Assembly (NCBI GenBank): GCA_964016885.1
Contig: OZ024741.1
Coordinates: 259,160,001 to 259,224,000, forward strand
DNA: 64,000 nucleotides
Direction of reading: 5' to 3'
Origin: Eledone cirrhosa
Lineage: Eukaryota
Position numbers and translations under genes: made by a program. Every line of letters begins with the position of its first letter. Position 1 is the first letter of the stretch. The notes beneath the pieces were generated by a model, which saw only the letters and a program-made list of their open reading frames with translations, ran no database searches and was not told the DNA's origin. Positions 26,901 through 40,990 of this stretch are shown in pieces.

Positions 26901-29900
26901 GAAACACTCGTAAATCGAAACACTCGTAAGCCGAAACACTCGTAAGCGAAAACATTCGTTAGTCGAAACACTCGTAACCCGAAACACTCGTAAGTCGAAA
27001 CACTCGAAAGCCGAAACACTCGTAAGTCGAAACACTCATAAGCCGAAACACTGGTAAGTCGGAACACTCGTAAGTCAGAACACCCGTAAATCAGAACACT
27101 CGTAGTCAGAACACTCGTAAGTCGAAACACTCGTAAGCCGAAACACTCGCAAGTCGAAGCACTCGTTATCCGAAACACTCTTAAGTCGAAACACTCGTAA
27201 GTCGGAACACTCGTAAGTCAGAACACTCGTAAGTCAGAACACTCGTAAGTCGAAACACTCGTAAGCCGAAACATCCGTAAGTCAAAACATCCGTAAGTCA
27301 AAACGTTCGTAAGTCGAAACACCCGTAGTCGAAACACTCGCAAGTCGAAACACTCGTAAGTCGAAACACGCGTAAGTGAAAACACATGTAAGTCAAAACA
27401 CTCGTAAGTCAAAACACTCGTAAGCCGAAACACTCGTAAGTCGAAACACTCGTAAGTCGAAACACTCGTAAAGCGAAACGTATCAATAAAGATTAATGTA
27501 ATGAATTTGAAAAGCATAGAGATTTGAAACCGCGTCTATTTGTTATTTTCGTAAGTCGAAACACTCGTAAGCCGAAACACTCGTGAGCCGAAACACTCGT
27601 AAGTCGGAACACTCGTAAGTCAGAACACTCGTAAGTCAGAACACTCGTAAGTTAGAACACTCGTAAGTCAGAACACTCGTAAGTCAGAACACTCGTAAGT
27701 CGAAACACTCGTATCGAAACACTCGTATGTCAAAACACCCGTAAGTCAAAACACTCGTAAGTCGAAACACTCGTAAGTCGAAACACTCGTAAGCCGAAAC
27801 ACTCGTAAGCCGAAACACTCGTAAGTCGGAACACTCGTAAGTCGGAACACTCGTAAGTCAGAACACTCGTAAGTCAGAACACTCGTAAGTCAGAACACTC
27901 GTAAGTCAGAACACTCGTAAGTCGAAACACTCGTATCGAAACACTCGTATGTCAAAACACCCGTAAGTCAAAACACTCGTAAGTCGAAACACTCGTAAGT
28001 CGAAACACTCGTATGTCGAAACATCCGTAAATCAGAACACTCGTAAGTCGAAACACTCGTAAGTCGAAACACTCGTAAGCCGAAACACTCGTAAGTCGAA
28101 GCACTCGTATCGAAACACTCGTAAGTCGAAACACCCTTAAGTCAAAACACTCGTAAGCCAAAACACTCGTAAGTCGAAACACTCGTAAGTCGGAACACTC
28201 GTATGTCAGAACACTCGTAAGTCAGAACACTCGTAAGTGGAAACACGCGTAAGTCGAGAGACCCGTAAGTCAAAAATCTCGTAAGTCAAAACACTCGTAA
28301 GCCGAAACACTCGTAAGTCGAAACACTCGTAAGTCGAAACATTCGTAAAGCGAAACGTATAAATAAAGATTAATGTAATGAACTTGAAAAGCATAGATAT
28401 TTGAAACCGCGTCTATTTGTTATTTTCGTAAGTCGAAACACTCGTAAGTCAGAACACTCGTAAGTCAGAACACTCTTAAGTCAGAACACTCGTATCGAAA
28501 CACGTATGTCAAAACACCCGTAAGTCAAAACACTCGTAAGTCGAAACACTCGTAAGTCGAAACACTTGTAAGCCGAAACAATCGTAAGTCAAAACACTCG
28601 TAAGTCGAAACACTCGTAAGCCGAAAATACTCGTAAGTCGGAACACCCGTAAGCCGAAACCCTCGTAGGTCGGAACACTCGTAAGTCGAAACACTCGTAA
28701 GTCGAAACACCCGTAAGTCGAAACACTCGTAAGTCGAAACACCCGTAAGTCGAAACATCCGTAAGTCAAAACACTCGTATGTCGAAACACTCGTAAGCCG
28801 AAACACTCGTAAGTCGGAACACTCGCAAGTCAGAACACTCGTAAGTCAGAACACTCGTAAGTCGAAACACTCGTAAGTCGAAACACCCGTAAGTCGAAAC
28901 GCCCGTAAGTCGAAACACTCGTATGTCGAAACACTCGCAAGCCGAAAAACCGTAAGTCAAAACACTCGTAAGTCGAAACACTCGTAAATCGAAACACTCG
29001 TAAGCCGAAACACTCGTAAGCGAAAACATTCGTTAGTCGAAACACTCGTATCCCGAAACACTCGTAAGTCGAAACACTCGAAAGCCGAAACACTCGTAAG
29101 TCGAAACACTCATAAGCCGAAACACTCGTAAGTCGGAACACTCGTAAGTCAGAACACCCGTAAATCAGAACACTCGTAGTCAGAACACTCGTAAGTCGAA
29201 ACACTCGTAAGCCGAAACACTCGCAAGTCGAAGCACTCGTAATCCGAAACACTCTTAAGTCGAAACACTCGTAAGTCGGAACACTCGTAAGTCAGAACAC
29301 TCGTAAGTCAGAACACTCGTAAGTCGAAACACTCGTAAGCCGAAACATCCGTAAGTCAAAACATCCGTAAGTCAAAACATTCGTAAGTCGAACACCCGTA
29401 GTCGAAACACTCGCAAGTCGAAACACTCGTAAGTCGAAACACGCGTAAGTCGAAACACATGTAAGTCAAAACACTCGTAAGTCAAAACACTCGTAAGCCG
29501 AAACACTCGTAAGTCGAAACACTCGTAAGTCGAAACACTCGTAAAGCGAAACGTATAAATAAATATTAATGTAATGAATTTGAAAAGCATAGAGATTTGA
29601 AACCGCGTCTATTTGTTATTTTCGTAAGTCGAAACACTCGTAAGCCGAAACACTCGTGAGCCGAAACACTCGTAAGTCGGAACACTCGTAAGTCAGAACA
29701 CTCGTAAGTCAGAACACTCGTAAGTTAGAACACTCGTAAGTCAGAACACTCGTAAGTCAGAACACTCGTAAGTCGAAACACTCGTATCGAAACACTCGTA
29801 TGTCAAAACACCCGTAAGTCAAAACACTCGTAAGTCGAAACACTCGTAAGTCGAAACACTCGTAAGCCGAAACACTCGTAAGCCGAAACACTCGTAAGTC

Positions 29901-32900
29901 GGAACACTCGTAAGTCGGAACACTCGTAAGTCAGAACACTCGTAAGTCAGAACACTCGTAAGTCAGAACACTCGTAAGTCAGAACACTCGTAAGTCGAAA
30001 CACTCGTATCGAAACACTCGTATGTCAAAACACCCGTAAGTCAAAACACTCGTAAGTCGAAACACTCGTATGTCGAAACATCCGTAAATCAGAACACTCG
30101 TAAGTCGAAACACTCGTAAGTCGAAACACTCGTAAGCCGAAACACTCGTAAGTCGAAGCACTCGTATCGAAACACTCGTAAGTCGAAACACCCTTAAGTC
30201 AAAACACTCGTAAGCCAAAACACTCGTAAGTCGAAACACTCGTAAGTCGGAACACTCGTAAGTCAGAACACTCGTAAGTCAGAACACTCGTAAGTGGAAA
30301 CACGCGTAAGTCGAAAGACCCGTAAGTCAAAAATCTCGTAAGTCAAAACACTCGTAAGCCGAAACACACGTAAGTCGAAACACTCGTAAGTCGAAACATT
30401 CGTAAAGCGAAACGTATAAATAAAGATTAATGTAATCAACTTGAAAAGCATAGATATTTGAAACCGCGTCTATTTGTTATTTTCGTAAGTCGAAACACTC
30501 GTAAGTCAGAACACTCGTAAGTCAGAACACTCTTAAGTCAGAACACTCGTATCGAAACACGTATGTCAAAACACCCGTAAGTCAAAACACTCGTAAGTCG
30601 AAACACTCGTAAGTCGAAACACTCGTAAGCCGAAACAATCGTAAGTCAAAACACTCGTAAGTCGAAACACTCGTAAGCCGAAAATACTCGTAAGTCGGAA
30701 CACCCGTAAGCCGAAACCCTCGTAGGTCGGAACACTCGTAAGTCAGAACACCCGTAAGTCAGAACACTCGTAGTCAGAACACTCGTTAGTCGAAACACTC
30801 GTAAGCCGAAACACTCTTAAGTCGAAGCACTCGTAATCCGAAACACTCTTAAGTCAGAACACCCGTAAGTCAGAACACTCGTAAGTCAGAACACTCGTAA
30901 GTCAGAACACTCGTAAGTCAGAGCACTCGTATCGAAACACTCGTATGTCAAAACACCCGTAAGTCAAAACACTCGTAAGTCGAAACACTCGTAAGTCGAA
31001 ACACTCGTAAGCCGAAACACCGTAAGCCAAAACACTCGTAAGTCGAAACACCCGTAAGTCGGAACACTCGTAAGCCGAAACACTCGTAAGCCGAAACACT
31101 CATAAGCCGAAACACTCGTAAGTCGGAACACTCGTAAGTCAGAACACCCGTAAGTCAGAACACTCGTAGTCAGAACACTCGTTAGTCGAAACACTCGTAA
31201 GCCGAAACACTCTTAAGTGGAAGCACTCGTAATCCGAAACACTCTTAAGTCGAAACACTCGTAAGTCGGAAGACTCGTAAGTCAGAACACTCGTAAGTCA
31301 GAACACTCGTAAGTCGAAACACTCGTAAGCCGAAACATCCGTAAGTCAAAACATCCGTAGGTCAAAACATTCGTAAGTCGAAACACCCGTAGTCGAAACA
31401 CTCGCATGTCGAAACACTCGTAAGTCGAAACACGCGTAAGTCGAAACACATGTAAGTCAAAACACTCGTAAGTCAAAACACTCGTAAGCCGAAACACTCG
31501 TAAGTCGAAACACTCGTAAAGCGAAACGTATAAATAAAGATTAATGTAATGAATTTGAAAAGCATAGAGATTTGAAACCGCGTCTATTTGTTATTTTCGT
31601 AAATCGAAACACTCGTAAGCCGAAACACTCGTGAGCCGAAACACTCGTAAGTCGGAACACTCGTAAGTCAGAACACTCGTAAGTCAGAACACTCGTAAGT
31701 TAGAACACTCGTAAGTCAGAACACTCGTAAGTCAGAACACTCGTAAGTCAGAACACTCGTAAGTCGAAACACTCGTATCGAAACACTCGTATGTCAAAAC
31801 ACCAGTAAGTCAAAACACTCGTAAGTCGAAACACTCGTAAGCCGAAACACCGTAAGTCAAAACACTCGTAAGTCGAAACACTCGTAAGTCGAAACACTCG
31901 TAAGTCGAAACACTCGTAAGCCGAAACACTCGTAAGCCGAAACACTCGTAAGTCGGAACACTCGTAAGTCAGAACACTCATAAGTCAGAACACTCGTAAG
32001 TCAGAACACTCGTAAGTCGAAACACTCGTAAGCCGAAACACCGTAAGTCGAAACACCCGTATGTCGAAACACTCGTAAGCCGAAACACTCTTAAGTCGAA
32101 ACACTCATAAGCCGAAACACTCGTAAGTCGGAACACTCGTACATCAGAACACCCGCAAGTCAGAACACTCGTAAATCAGAACACTCTTAAGTCGAAACTC
32201 ACGTACGCCGAAACACTCGTAAGTCGAAACACTCGTAAGTCGAAACATCCTTAAGTCGAAACACTCGTACACCGAAACACTCGTAAGTATAAACATTAGT
32301 AAGTCGAAACACTCGTATGTCGAAACACTCGTAAACCGAAACACTCGTAAGTCGGAACACTCGTAAGTCAGAACACTCGTAAGTCAGAACACTCGTAAGT
32401 CGAAACACTCATAAGTCGAAACACTCGTAAGTCGAAACACCCGTAAGTCGAAACAACCGTAAGTCGAAACACTCGTATGTCGAATAACTCGTAAGCCGAA
32501 ACACTCGTAAGCCAAAACATTCGTAAGTCGAAACACTCGTAAACCGAAACACTCGTAAGCCAAAACATTCGTAAGTCTAAACACTCGTAAGTCGAAACAC
32601 CCATAGCCGAAACACTTGTAAGTCTGAACACACGTAAGTCAGAACACCCGTAAGTCATAACACTCGTAAGTCAGAACACTCGTAAGTCAGAACACTCGTA
32701 AGTCAGAGCACTCGTATCGAAACACTCGTATGTCAAAACACCCGTAAGTCAAAACACTCGTAAGTCGAAACACTCGTAAGCCGAAACACCGTAAGCCAAA
32801 ACACTCGTAAGTCGAAACATCCGTAAGTCGCAACACTCGTAAGTCGAAACACTCGTAAGTCGAAACACTCGTAAGCCGAAACACTCGTAAGCCGAAACAC

Positions 32901-35900
32901 TCGTAAGTCGGAACACTCGTAAGTCGGAACACTCGTAAGTCAGAACACTCGTAAGTCAGAACACTCGTAAGTCAGAACACTCGTAAGTCAGAACACTCGT
33001 AAGTCGAAACACTCGTATCGAAACACTCGTATGTCAAAACACCCGTAAGTCAAAACACTCGTAAGTCGAAACACTCGTAAGTCGAAACATTCGTATGTCG
33101 AAACATCCGTAAATCAGAACACTCGTAAGTCGAAACACTCGTAAGTCGAAACACTCGTAAGCCGAAACACTCGTAAGTCGAAGCACTCGTATCGAAACAC
33201 TCGTAAGTCGAAACACCCTTAAGTCAAAACACTCGTAAGCCAAAACACTCGTAAGTCGAAACACTCGTAAGTCGGAACACTCGTAAGTCAGAACACTCGT
33301 AAGTCAGAACACTCGTAAGTGGAAACACGCGTAAGTCGAAACAGTCATAAGTCGAAACACTCGTAAGTCGAAACACCCGTAAGTCGAAACACCCGTAAGT
33401 CGAAACACTCGTATGTCGAATAACTCGTAAGCCGAAACACCGTAAGTCAAAACACTCGTAAGTCGAAACACTCGTAAGTCGAAACACCCATAAGCCGAAA
33501 CACTCGTAAGCCAAAACATTCGTAAGTCGAAACACTCGTAAGTCGAAACACCCATAGCCGAAACACTCGTAAGTCTGAACACACGTAAGTCAGAACAGCC
33601 GTAAGTCAGAACACTCGTAAGTCAGAACACTCGTAAGTCAGAACACTCGTAAGTCAGAGCACTCGTATCGAAACACTCGTATGTCAAAACACCCGTAAGT
33701 CAAAACACTCGTAAGTCGAAACACTCGTAAGCCGAAACACCGTAAGCCAAAACACTCGTAAGTCGAAACACCCGTAAGTCGGAACACTCGTAAGTCGAAA
33801 CACTCGTAAGTCGAAACACTCGTAAGCCGAAACACTCGTAAGCCGAAACACTCGTAAGTCGGAACACTCGTAAGTCGGAACACTCGTAAGTCAGAACACT
33901 CGTAAGTCAGAACACTCGTAAGTCAGAACACTCGTAAGTCAGAACACTCGTAAGTCGAAACACTCGTATCGAAACACTCGCATGTCAAAACACCCGTAAG
34001 TCAAAACACTCGTAAGTCGAAACACTCGTAAGTCGAAACACTCGTATGTCGAAACATCCGTAAATCAGAACACTCGTAAGTCGAAACACTCGTAAGCCGA
34101 AACACTCGTAAGTCGAAGCACTCGTATCGAAACACTCGTAAGTCGAAACACCCTTAAGTCAAAACACTCGTAAGCCAAAACACTCGTAAGTCGAAACACT
34201 CGTAAGTCGGAACACTCGTATGTCAGAACACTCGTAAGTCAGAACACTCGTAAGTGGAAACACGCGTAAGTCGAAAGACCCGTAAGTCAAAAATCTCGTA
34301 AGTCAAAACACTCGTAAGCCGAAACACTCGTAAGTCGAAACACTCGTAAGTCGAAACATTCGTAAAGCGAAACGTATAAATAAAGATTAATGTAATGAAC
34401 TTGAAAAGCATAGATATTTGAAACCGCGTCTATTTGTTATTTTCGTAAGTCGAAACACTCGTAAGTCAGAACACTCGTAAGTCAGAACACTCTTAAGTCA
34501 GAACACTCGTATCGAAACACGTATGTCAAAACACCCGTAAGTCAAAACACTCGTAAGTCGAAACACTCGTAAGTCGAAACACTCGTAAGCCGAAACAATC
34601 GTAAGTCAAAACACTCGTAAGTCGAAACACTCGTAAGCCGAAAATACTCGTAAGTCGGAACACCCGTAAGCCGAAACCCTCGTAGGTCGGAACACTCGTA
34701 AGTCGAAACACTCGTAAGTCGAAACACCCGTAAGTCGAAACACTCGTAAGTCGAAACACCCGTAAGTCGAAACATCCGTAAGTCAAAACACTCGTATGTC
34801 GAAACACTCGTAAGCCGAAACACTCGTAAGTCGGAACACTCGCAAGTCAGAACACTCGTAAGTCAGAACACTCGTAAGTCGAAACACTCGTAAGTCGAAA
34901 CACCCGTAAGTCGAAACGCCCGTAAGTCAAAACACTCGTATGTCGAAACACTCGCAAGCCGAAAAACCGTAAGTCAAAACACTCGTAAGTCGAAACACTC
35001 GTAAATCGAAACACTCGTAAGCCGAAACACTCGTAAGCGAAAACATTCGTTAGTCGAAACACTCGTATCCCGAAACACTCGTAAGTCGAAACACTCGAAA
35101 GCCGAAACACTCGTAAGTCGAAACACTCATAAGCCGAAACACTCGTAAGTCGGAACACTCGTAAGTCAGAACACCCGTAAATCAGAACACTCGTAGTCAG
35201 AACACTCGTAAGTCGAAACACTCGTAAGCCGAAACACTCGCAAGTCGAAGCACTCGTAATCCGAAACACTCTTAAGTCGAAACACTCGTAAGTCGGAACA
35301 CTCGTAAGTCAGAACACTCGTAAGTCAGAACACTCGTAAGTCGAAACACTCGTAAGCCGAAACATCCGTAAGTCAAAACATCCGTAAGTCAAAACATTCG
35401 TAAGTCGAAACACCCGTAGTCGAAACACTCGCAAGTCGAAACACTCGTAAGTCGAAACACGCGTAAGTCGAAACACATGTAAGTCAAAACACTCGTAAGT
35501 CAAAACACTCGTAAGCCGAAACACTCGTAAGTCGAAACACTCGTAAGTCGAAACACTCGTAAAGCGAAACGTATAAATAAATATTAATGTAATGAATTTG
35601 AAAAGCATAGAGATTTGAAACCGCGTCTATTTGTTATTTTCGTAAGTCGAAACACTCGTAAGCCGAAACACTCGTGAGCCGAAACACTCGTAAGTCGGAA
35701 CACTCGTAAGTCAGAACACTCGTAAGTCAGAACACTCGTAAGTTAGAACACTCGTAAGTCAGAACACTCGTAAGTCAGAACACTCGTAAGTCGAAACACT
35801 CGTATCGAAACACTCGTATGTCAAAACACCCGTAAGTCAAAACACTCGTAAGTCGAAACACTCGTAAGTCGAAACACTCGTAAGCCGAAACACTCGTAAG

Positions 35901-38900
35901 CCGAAACACTCGTAAGTCGGAACACTCGTAGGTCGGAACACTCGTAAGTCAGAACACTCGTAAGTCAGAACACTCGTAAGTCAGAACACTCGTAAGTCAG
36001 AACACTCGTAAGTCGAAACACTCGTATCGAAACACTCGTATGTCAAAACACCCGTAAGTCAAAACACTCGTAAGTCGAAACACTCGTATGTCGAAACATC
36101 CGTAAATCAGAACACTCGTAAGTCGAAACACTCGTAAGTCGAAACACTCGTAAGCCGAAACACTCGTAAGTCGAAGCACTCGTATCGAAACACTCGTAAG
36201 TCGAAACACCCTTAAGTCAAAACACTCGTAAGCCAAAACACTCGTAAGTCGAAACACTCGTAAGTCGGAACACTCGTAAGTCAGAACACTCGTAAGTCAG
36301 AACACTCGTAAGTGGAAACACGCGTAAGTCGAAAGACCCGTAAGTCAAAAATCTCGTAAGTCAAAACACTCGTAAGCCGAAACACTCGTAAGTCGAAACA
36401 CTCGTAAGTCGAAACATTCGTAAAGCGAAACGTATAAATAAAGATTAATGTAATCAACTTGAAAAGCATAGATATTTGAAACCGCGTCTATTTGTTATTT
36501 TCGTAAGTCGAAACACTCGTAAGTCAGAACACTCGTAAGTCAGAACACTCTTAAGTCAGAACACTCGTATCGAAACACGTATGTCAAAACACCCGTAAGT
36601 CAAAACACTCGTAAGTCGAAACACTCGTAAGTCGAAACACTCGTAAGCCGAAACAATCGTAAGTCAAAACACTCGTAATTCGAAACACTCGTAAGCCGAA
36701 AATACTCGTAAGTCGGAACACCCGTAAGCCGAAACCCTCGTAGGTCGGAACACTCGTAAGTCGAAACACTCGTAAGTCGAAACACCCGTAAGTCGAAACA
36801 CTCGTAAGTCGAAACACCCGTAAGTCGAAACATCCGTAAGTCAAAACACTCGTATGTCGAAACACTCGTAAGCCGAAACACTCGTAAGTCGGAACACTCG
36901 CAAGTCAGAACACTCGTAAGTCAGAACACTCGTAAGTCGAAACACTCGTAAGTCGAAACACCCGTAAGTCGAAACGCCCGTAAGTCAAAACACTCGTATG
37001 TCGAAACACTCGCAAGCCGAAAAACCGTAAGTCAGAACACTCGTAAGTCGAAACACTCGTAAATCGAAACACTCGTAAGCCGAAACACTCGTAAGCGAAA
37101 ACATTCGTTAGTCGAAACACTCGTAACCCGAAACACTCGTAAGTCGAAACACTCGAAAGCCGAAACACTCGTAAGTCGAAACACTCATAAGCCGAAACAC
37201 TCGTAAGTCGGAACACTCGTAAGTCAGAACACCCGTAAATCAGAACACTCGTAGTCAGAACACTCGTAAGTCGAAACACTCGTAAGCCGAAACACTCGCA
37301 AGTCGAAGCACTCGTAATCCGAAACACTCTTAAGTCGAAACACTCGTAAGTCGGAACACTCGTAAGTCAGAACACTCGTAAGTCAGAACACTCGTAAGTC
37401 GAAACACTCGTAAGCCGAAACATCCGTAAGTCAAAACATCCGTAAGTCAAAACATTCGTAAGTCGAAACACCCGTAGTCGAAACACTCGCAAGTCGAAAC
37501 ACTCGTAAGTCGAAACACGCGTAAGTCGAAACACATGTAAGTCAAAACACTCGTAAGTCAAAACACTCGTAAGCCGAAACACTCGTAAGTCGAAACACTC
37601 GTAAGTCGAAACACTCGTAAAGCGAAACGTATAAATAAATATTAATGTAATGAATTTGAAAAGCATAGAGATTTGAAACCGCGTCTATTTGTTATTTTCG
37701 TAAGTCGAAACAGTCGTAAGCCGAAACACTCGTGAGCCGAAACACTCGTAAGTCGGAACACTCGTAAGTCAGAACACTCGTAAGTCAGAACACTCGTAAG
37801 TTAGAACACTCGTAAGTCAGAACACTCGTAAGTCAGAACACTCGTAAGTCGAAACACTCGTATCGAAACACTCGTATGTCAAAACACCCGTAAGTCAAAA
37901 CACTCGTAAGTCGAAACACTCGTAAGTCGAAACACTCGTAAGCCGAAACACTCGTAAGCCGAAACACTCGTAAGTCGGAACACTCGTAAGTCGGAACACT
38001 CGTAAGTCAGAACACTCGTAAGTCAGAACACTCGTAAGTCAGAACACTCGTAAGTCGAAACACTCGTATCGAAACACTCGTATGTCAAAACACCCGTAAG
38101 TCAAAACACTCGTAAGTCGAAACACTCGTAAGTCGAAACACTCGTATGTCGAAACATCCGTAAATCAGAACACTCGTAAGTCGAAACACTCGTAAGTCGA
38201 AACACTCGTAAGCCGAAACACTCGTAAGTCGAAACACCCTTAAGTCAAAACACTCGTAAGCCAAAACACTCGTAAGTCGAAACACTCGTAAGTCGGAACA
38301 CTCGTAAGTCAGAACACTCGTAAGTCAGAACACTCGTAAGTGGAAACACGCGTAAGTCGAAAGACCCGTAAGTCAAAAATCTCGTAAGTCAAAACACTCG
38401 TAAGCCGAAACACTCGTAAGTCGAAACACTCGTAAGTCGAAACATTCGTAAAGCGAAACGTATAAATAAAGATTAATGTAATGAACTTGAAAAGCATAGA
38501 TATTTGAAACCGCGTCTATTTGTTATTTTCGTAAGTCGAAACACTCGTAAGTCAGAACACTCGTAAGTCAGAACACTCGTATCGAAACACGTATGTCAAA
38601 ACACCCGTAAGTCAAAACACTCGTAAGTCGAAACACTCGTAAGTCGAAACACTCGTAAGCCGAAACAATCGTAAGTCAAAACACTCGTAAGTCGAAACAC
38701 TCGTAAGCCGAAAATATTCGTAAGTCGGAACACCCGTAAGCCGAAACCCTCGTAGGTCGGAACACTCGTAAGTCGAAACACTCTTAAGTCGAAACACCCG
38801 TAAGTCGAAACACTCGTAAGTCGAAACACCCGTAAGTCGAAACATCCGTAAGTCAAAACACTCGTATGTCGAAACACTCGTAAGCCGAAACACTCGTAAG

Positions 38901-40990
38901 TCGGAACACTCGCAAGTCAGAACACTCGTAAGTCAGAACACTCGTAAGTCGAAACACTCGTAAGTCGAAACACCCGTAAGTCGAAACGCCCGTAAGTCAA
39001 AACACTCGTATGTCGAAACACTCGCAAGCCGAAAAACCGTAAGTCAAAACACTCGTAAGTCGAAACACTCGTAAATCGAAACACTCGTAAGCCGAAACAC
39101 TCGTAAGCGAAAACATTCGTTAGTCGAAACACTCGTAACCCGAAACACTCGTAAGTCGAAACACTCGAAAGCCGAAACACTCGTAAGTCGAAACACTCAT
39201 AAGCCGAAACACTCGTAAGTCGGAACACTCGTAAGTCAGAACACCCGTAAATCAGAACACTCGTAGTCAGAACACTCGTAAGTCGAAACACTCGTAAGCC
39301 GAAACACTCGCAAGTCGAAGCACTCGTTATCCGAAACACTCTTAAGTCGAAACACTCGTAAGTCGGAACACTCGTAAGTCAGAACACTCGTAAGTCAGAA
39401 CACTCGTAAGTCGAAACACTCGTAAGCCGAAACATCCGTAAGTCAAAACATCCGTAAGTCAAAACATTCGTAAGTCGAAACACCCGTAGTCGAAACACTC
39501 GCAAGTCGAAACACTCGTAAGTCGAAACACGCGTAAGTCGAAACACATGTAAGTCAAAACACTCGTAAGTCAAAACACTCGTAAGCCGAAACACTCGTAA
39601 GTCGAAACACTCGTAAGTCGAAACACTCGTAAAGCGAAACGTATCAATAAAGATTATTGTAATGAATTTGAAAAGCATAGAGATTTGAAACCGCGTCTAT
39701 TTGTTATTTTCGTAAGTCGAAACACTCGTAAGCCGAAACACTCGTGAGCCGAAACACTCGTAAGTCGGAACACTCGTAAGTCAGAACACTCGTAAGTCAG
39801 AACACTCGTAAGTTAGAACACTCGTAAGTCAGAACACTCGTAAGTCAGAACACTCGTAAGTCGAAACACTCGTATCGAAACACTCGTATGTCAAAACACC
39901 CGTAAGTCAAAACACTCGTAAGTCGAAACACTCGTAAGTCGAAACACTCGTAAGCCGAAACACTCGAAAGCCGAAACACTCGTAAGTCGGAACACTCGTA
40001 AGTCGGAACACTCGTAAGTCAGAACACTCGTAAGTCAGAACACTCGTAAGTCAGAACACTCGTAAGTCAGAACACTCGTAAGTCGAAACACTCGTATCGA
40101 AACACTCGTATGTCAAAACACCCGTAAGTCAAAACACTCGTAAGTCGAAACACTCGTAAGTCGAAACACTCGTATGTCGAAACATCCGTAAATCAGAACA
40201 CTCGTAAGTCGAAACACTCGTAAGTCGAAACACTCGTAAGCCGAAACACTCGTAAGTCGAAGCACTCGTATCGAAACACTCGTAAGTCGAAACACCCTTA
40301 AGTCAAAACACTCGTAAGCCAAAACACTCGTAAGTCGAAACACTCGTAAGTCGGAACACTCGTAAGTCAGAACACTCGTAAGTCAGAACACTCGTAAGTG
40401 GAAACACGCGTAAGTCGAAAGACCCGTAAGTCAAAAATCTCGTAAGTCAAAACACTCGTAAGCCGAAACACTCGTAAGTCGAAACACTCGTAAGTCGAAA
40501 CACTCGTAAGTCGAAACATTCGTAAAGCGAAACGTATAAATAAAGATTAATGTAATGAACTTGAAAAGCATAGATATTTGAAACCGCGTCTATTTGTTAT
40601 TTTCGTAAGTCGAAACACTCGTAAGTCAGAACACTCGTAAGTCAGAACACTCTTAAGTCAGAACACTCGTATCGAAACACGTATGTCAAAACACCCGTAA
40701 GTCAAAACACTCGTAAGTCGAAACACTCGTAAGTCGAAACACTCGTAAGCCGAAACAATCGTAAGTCAAAACACTCGTAAGTCGAAACACTCGTAAGCCG
40801 AAAATACTCGTAAGTCGGAACACCCGTAAGCCGAAACCCTCGTAGGTCGGAACACTCGTAAGTCAAAACACTCGTAAGTCGAAACACCCGTAAGTCGAAA
40901 CACTCGTAAGTCGAAACACCCGTAAGTCGAAACATCCGTAAGTCAAAACACTCGTATGTCGAAACACTCGTAAGCCGAAACACTCGTAAG
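2942..40990. repeat. ~12.1-kb super-HOR, about three tandem copies (2942-18981 expanded, 18982-31110, 31111-~40990 truncated)
   Basis: ORF offsets are exactly 12,129 from 12023/24152 through 25238/37367. The offset for 3113/19153 to 7140/23180 is 16,040, equal to 12,129+3,895+16. The offset for 27218/39379 is 12,161. Private markers are shared, including the gtatcaata spacer at 15351/27480/39641 and a 1-bp deletion at ~17262/~29391. Confidence 0.9.
6825..14622. repeat. Tandem duplication of a 3,895-bp unit (about 6825-10719 and 10720-14622)
   Basis: ORFs 7140/11035, 8128/12023, 9948/13843 and 10411/14306 are all offset by 3,895. Shared rare variants include gtatcccg (6896/10791), gaaatactcg (7381/11276) and ggaacattcg (7528/11423). 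Confidence 0.92.
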
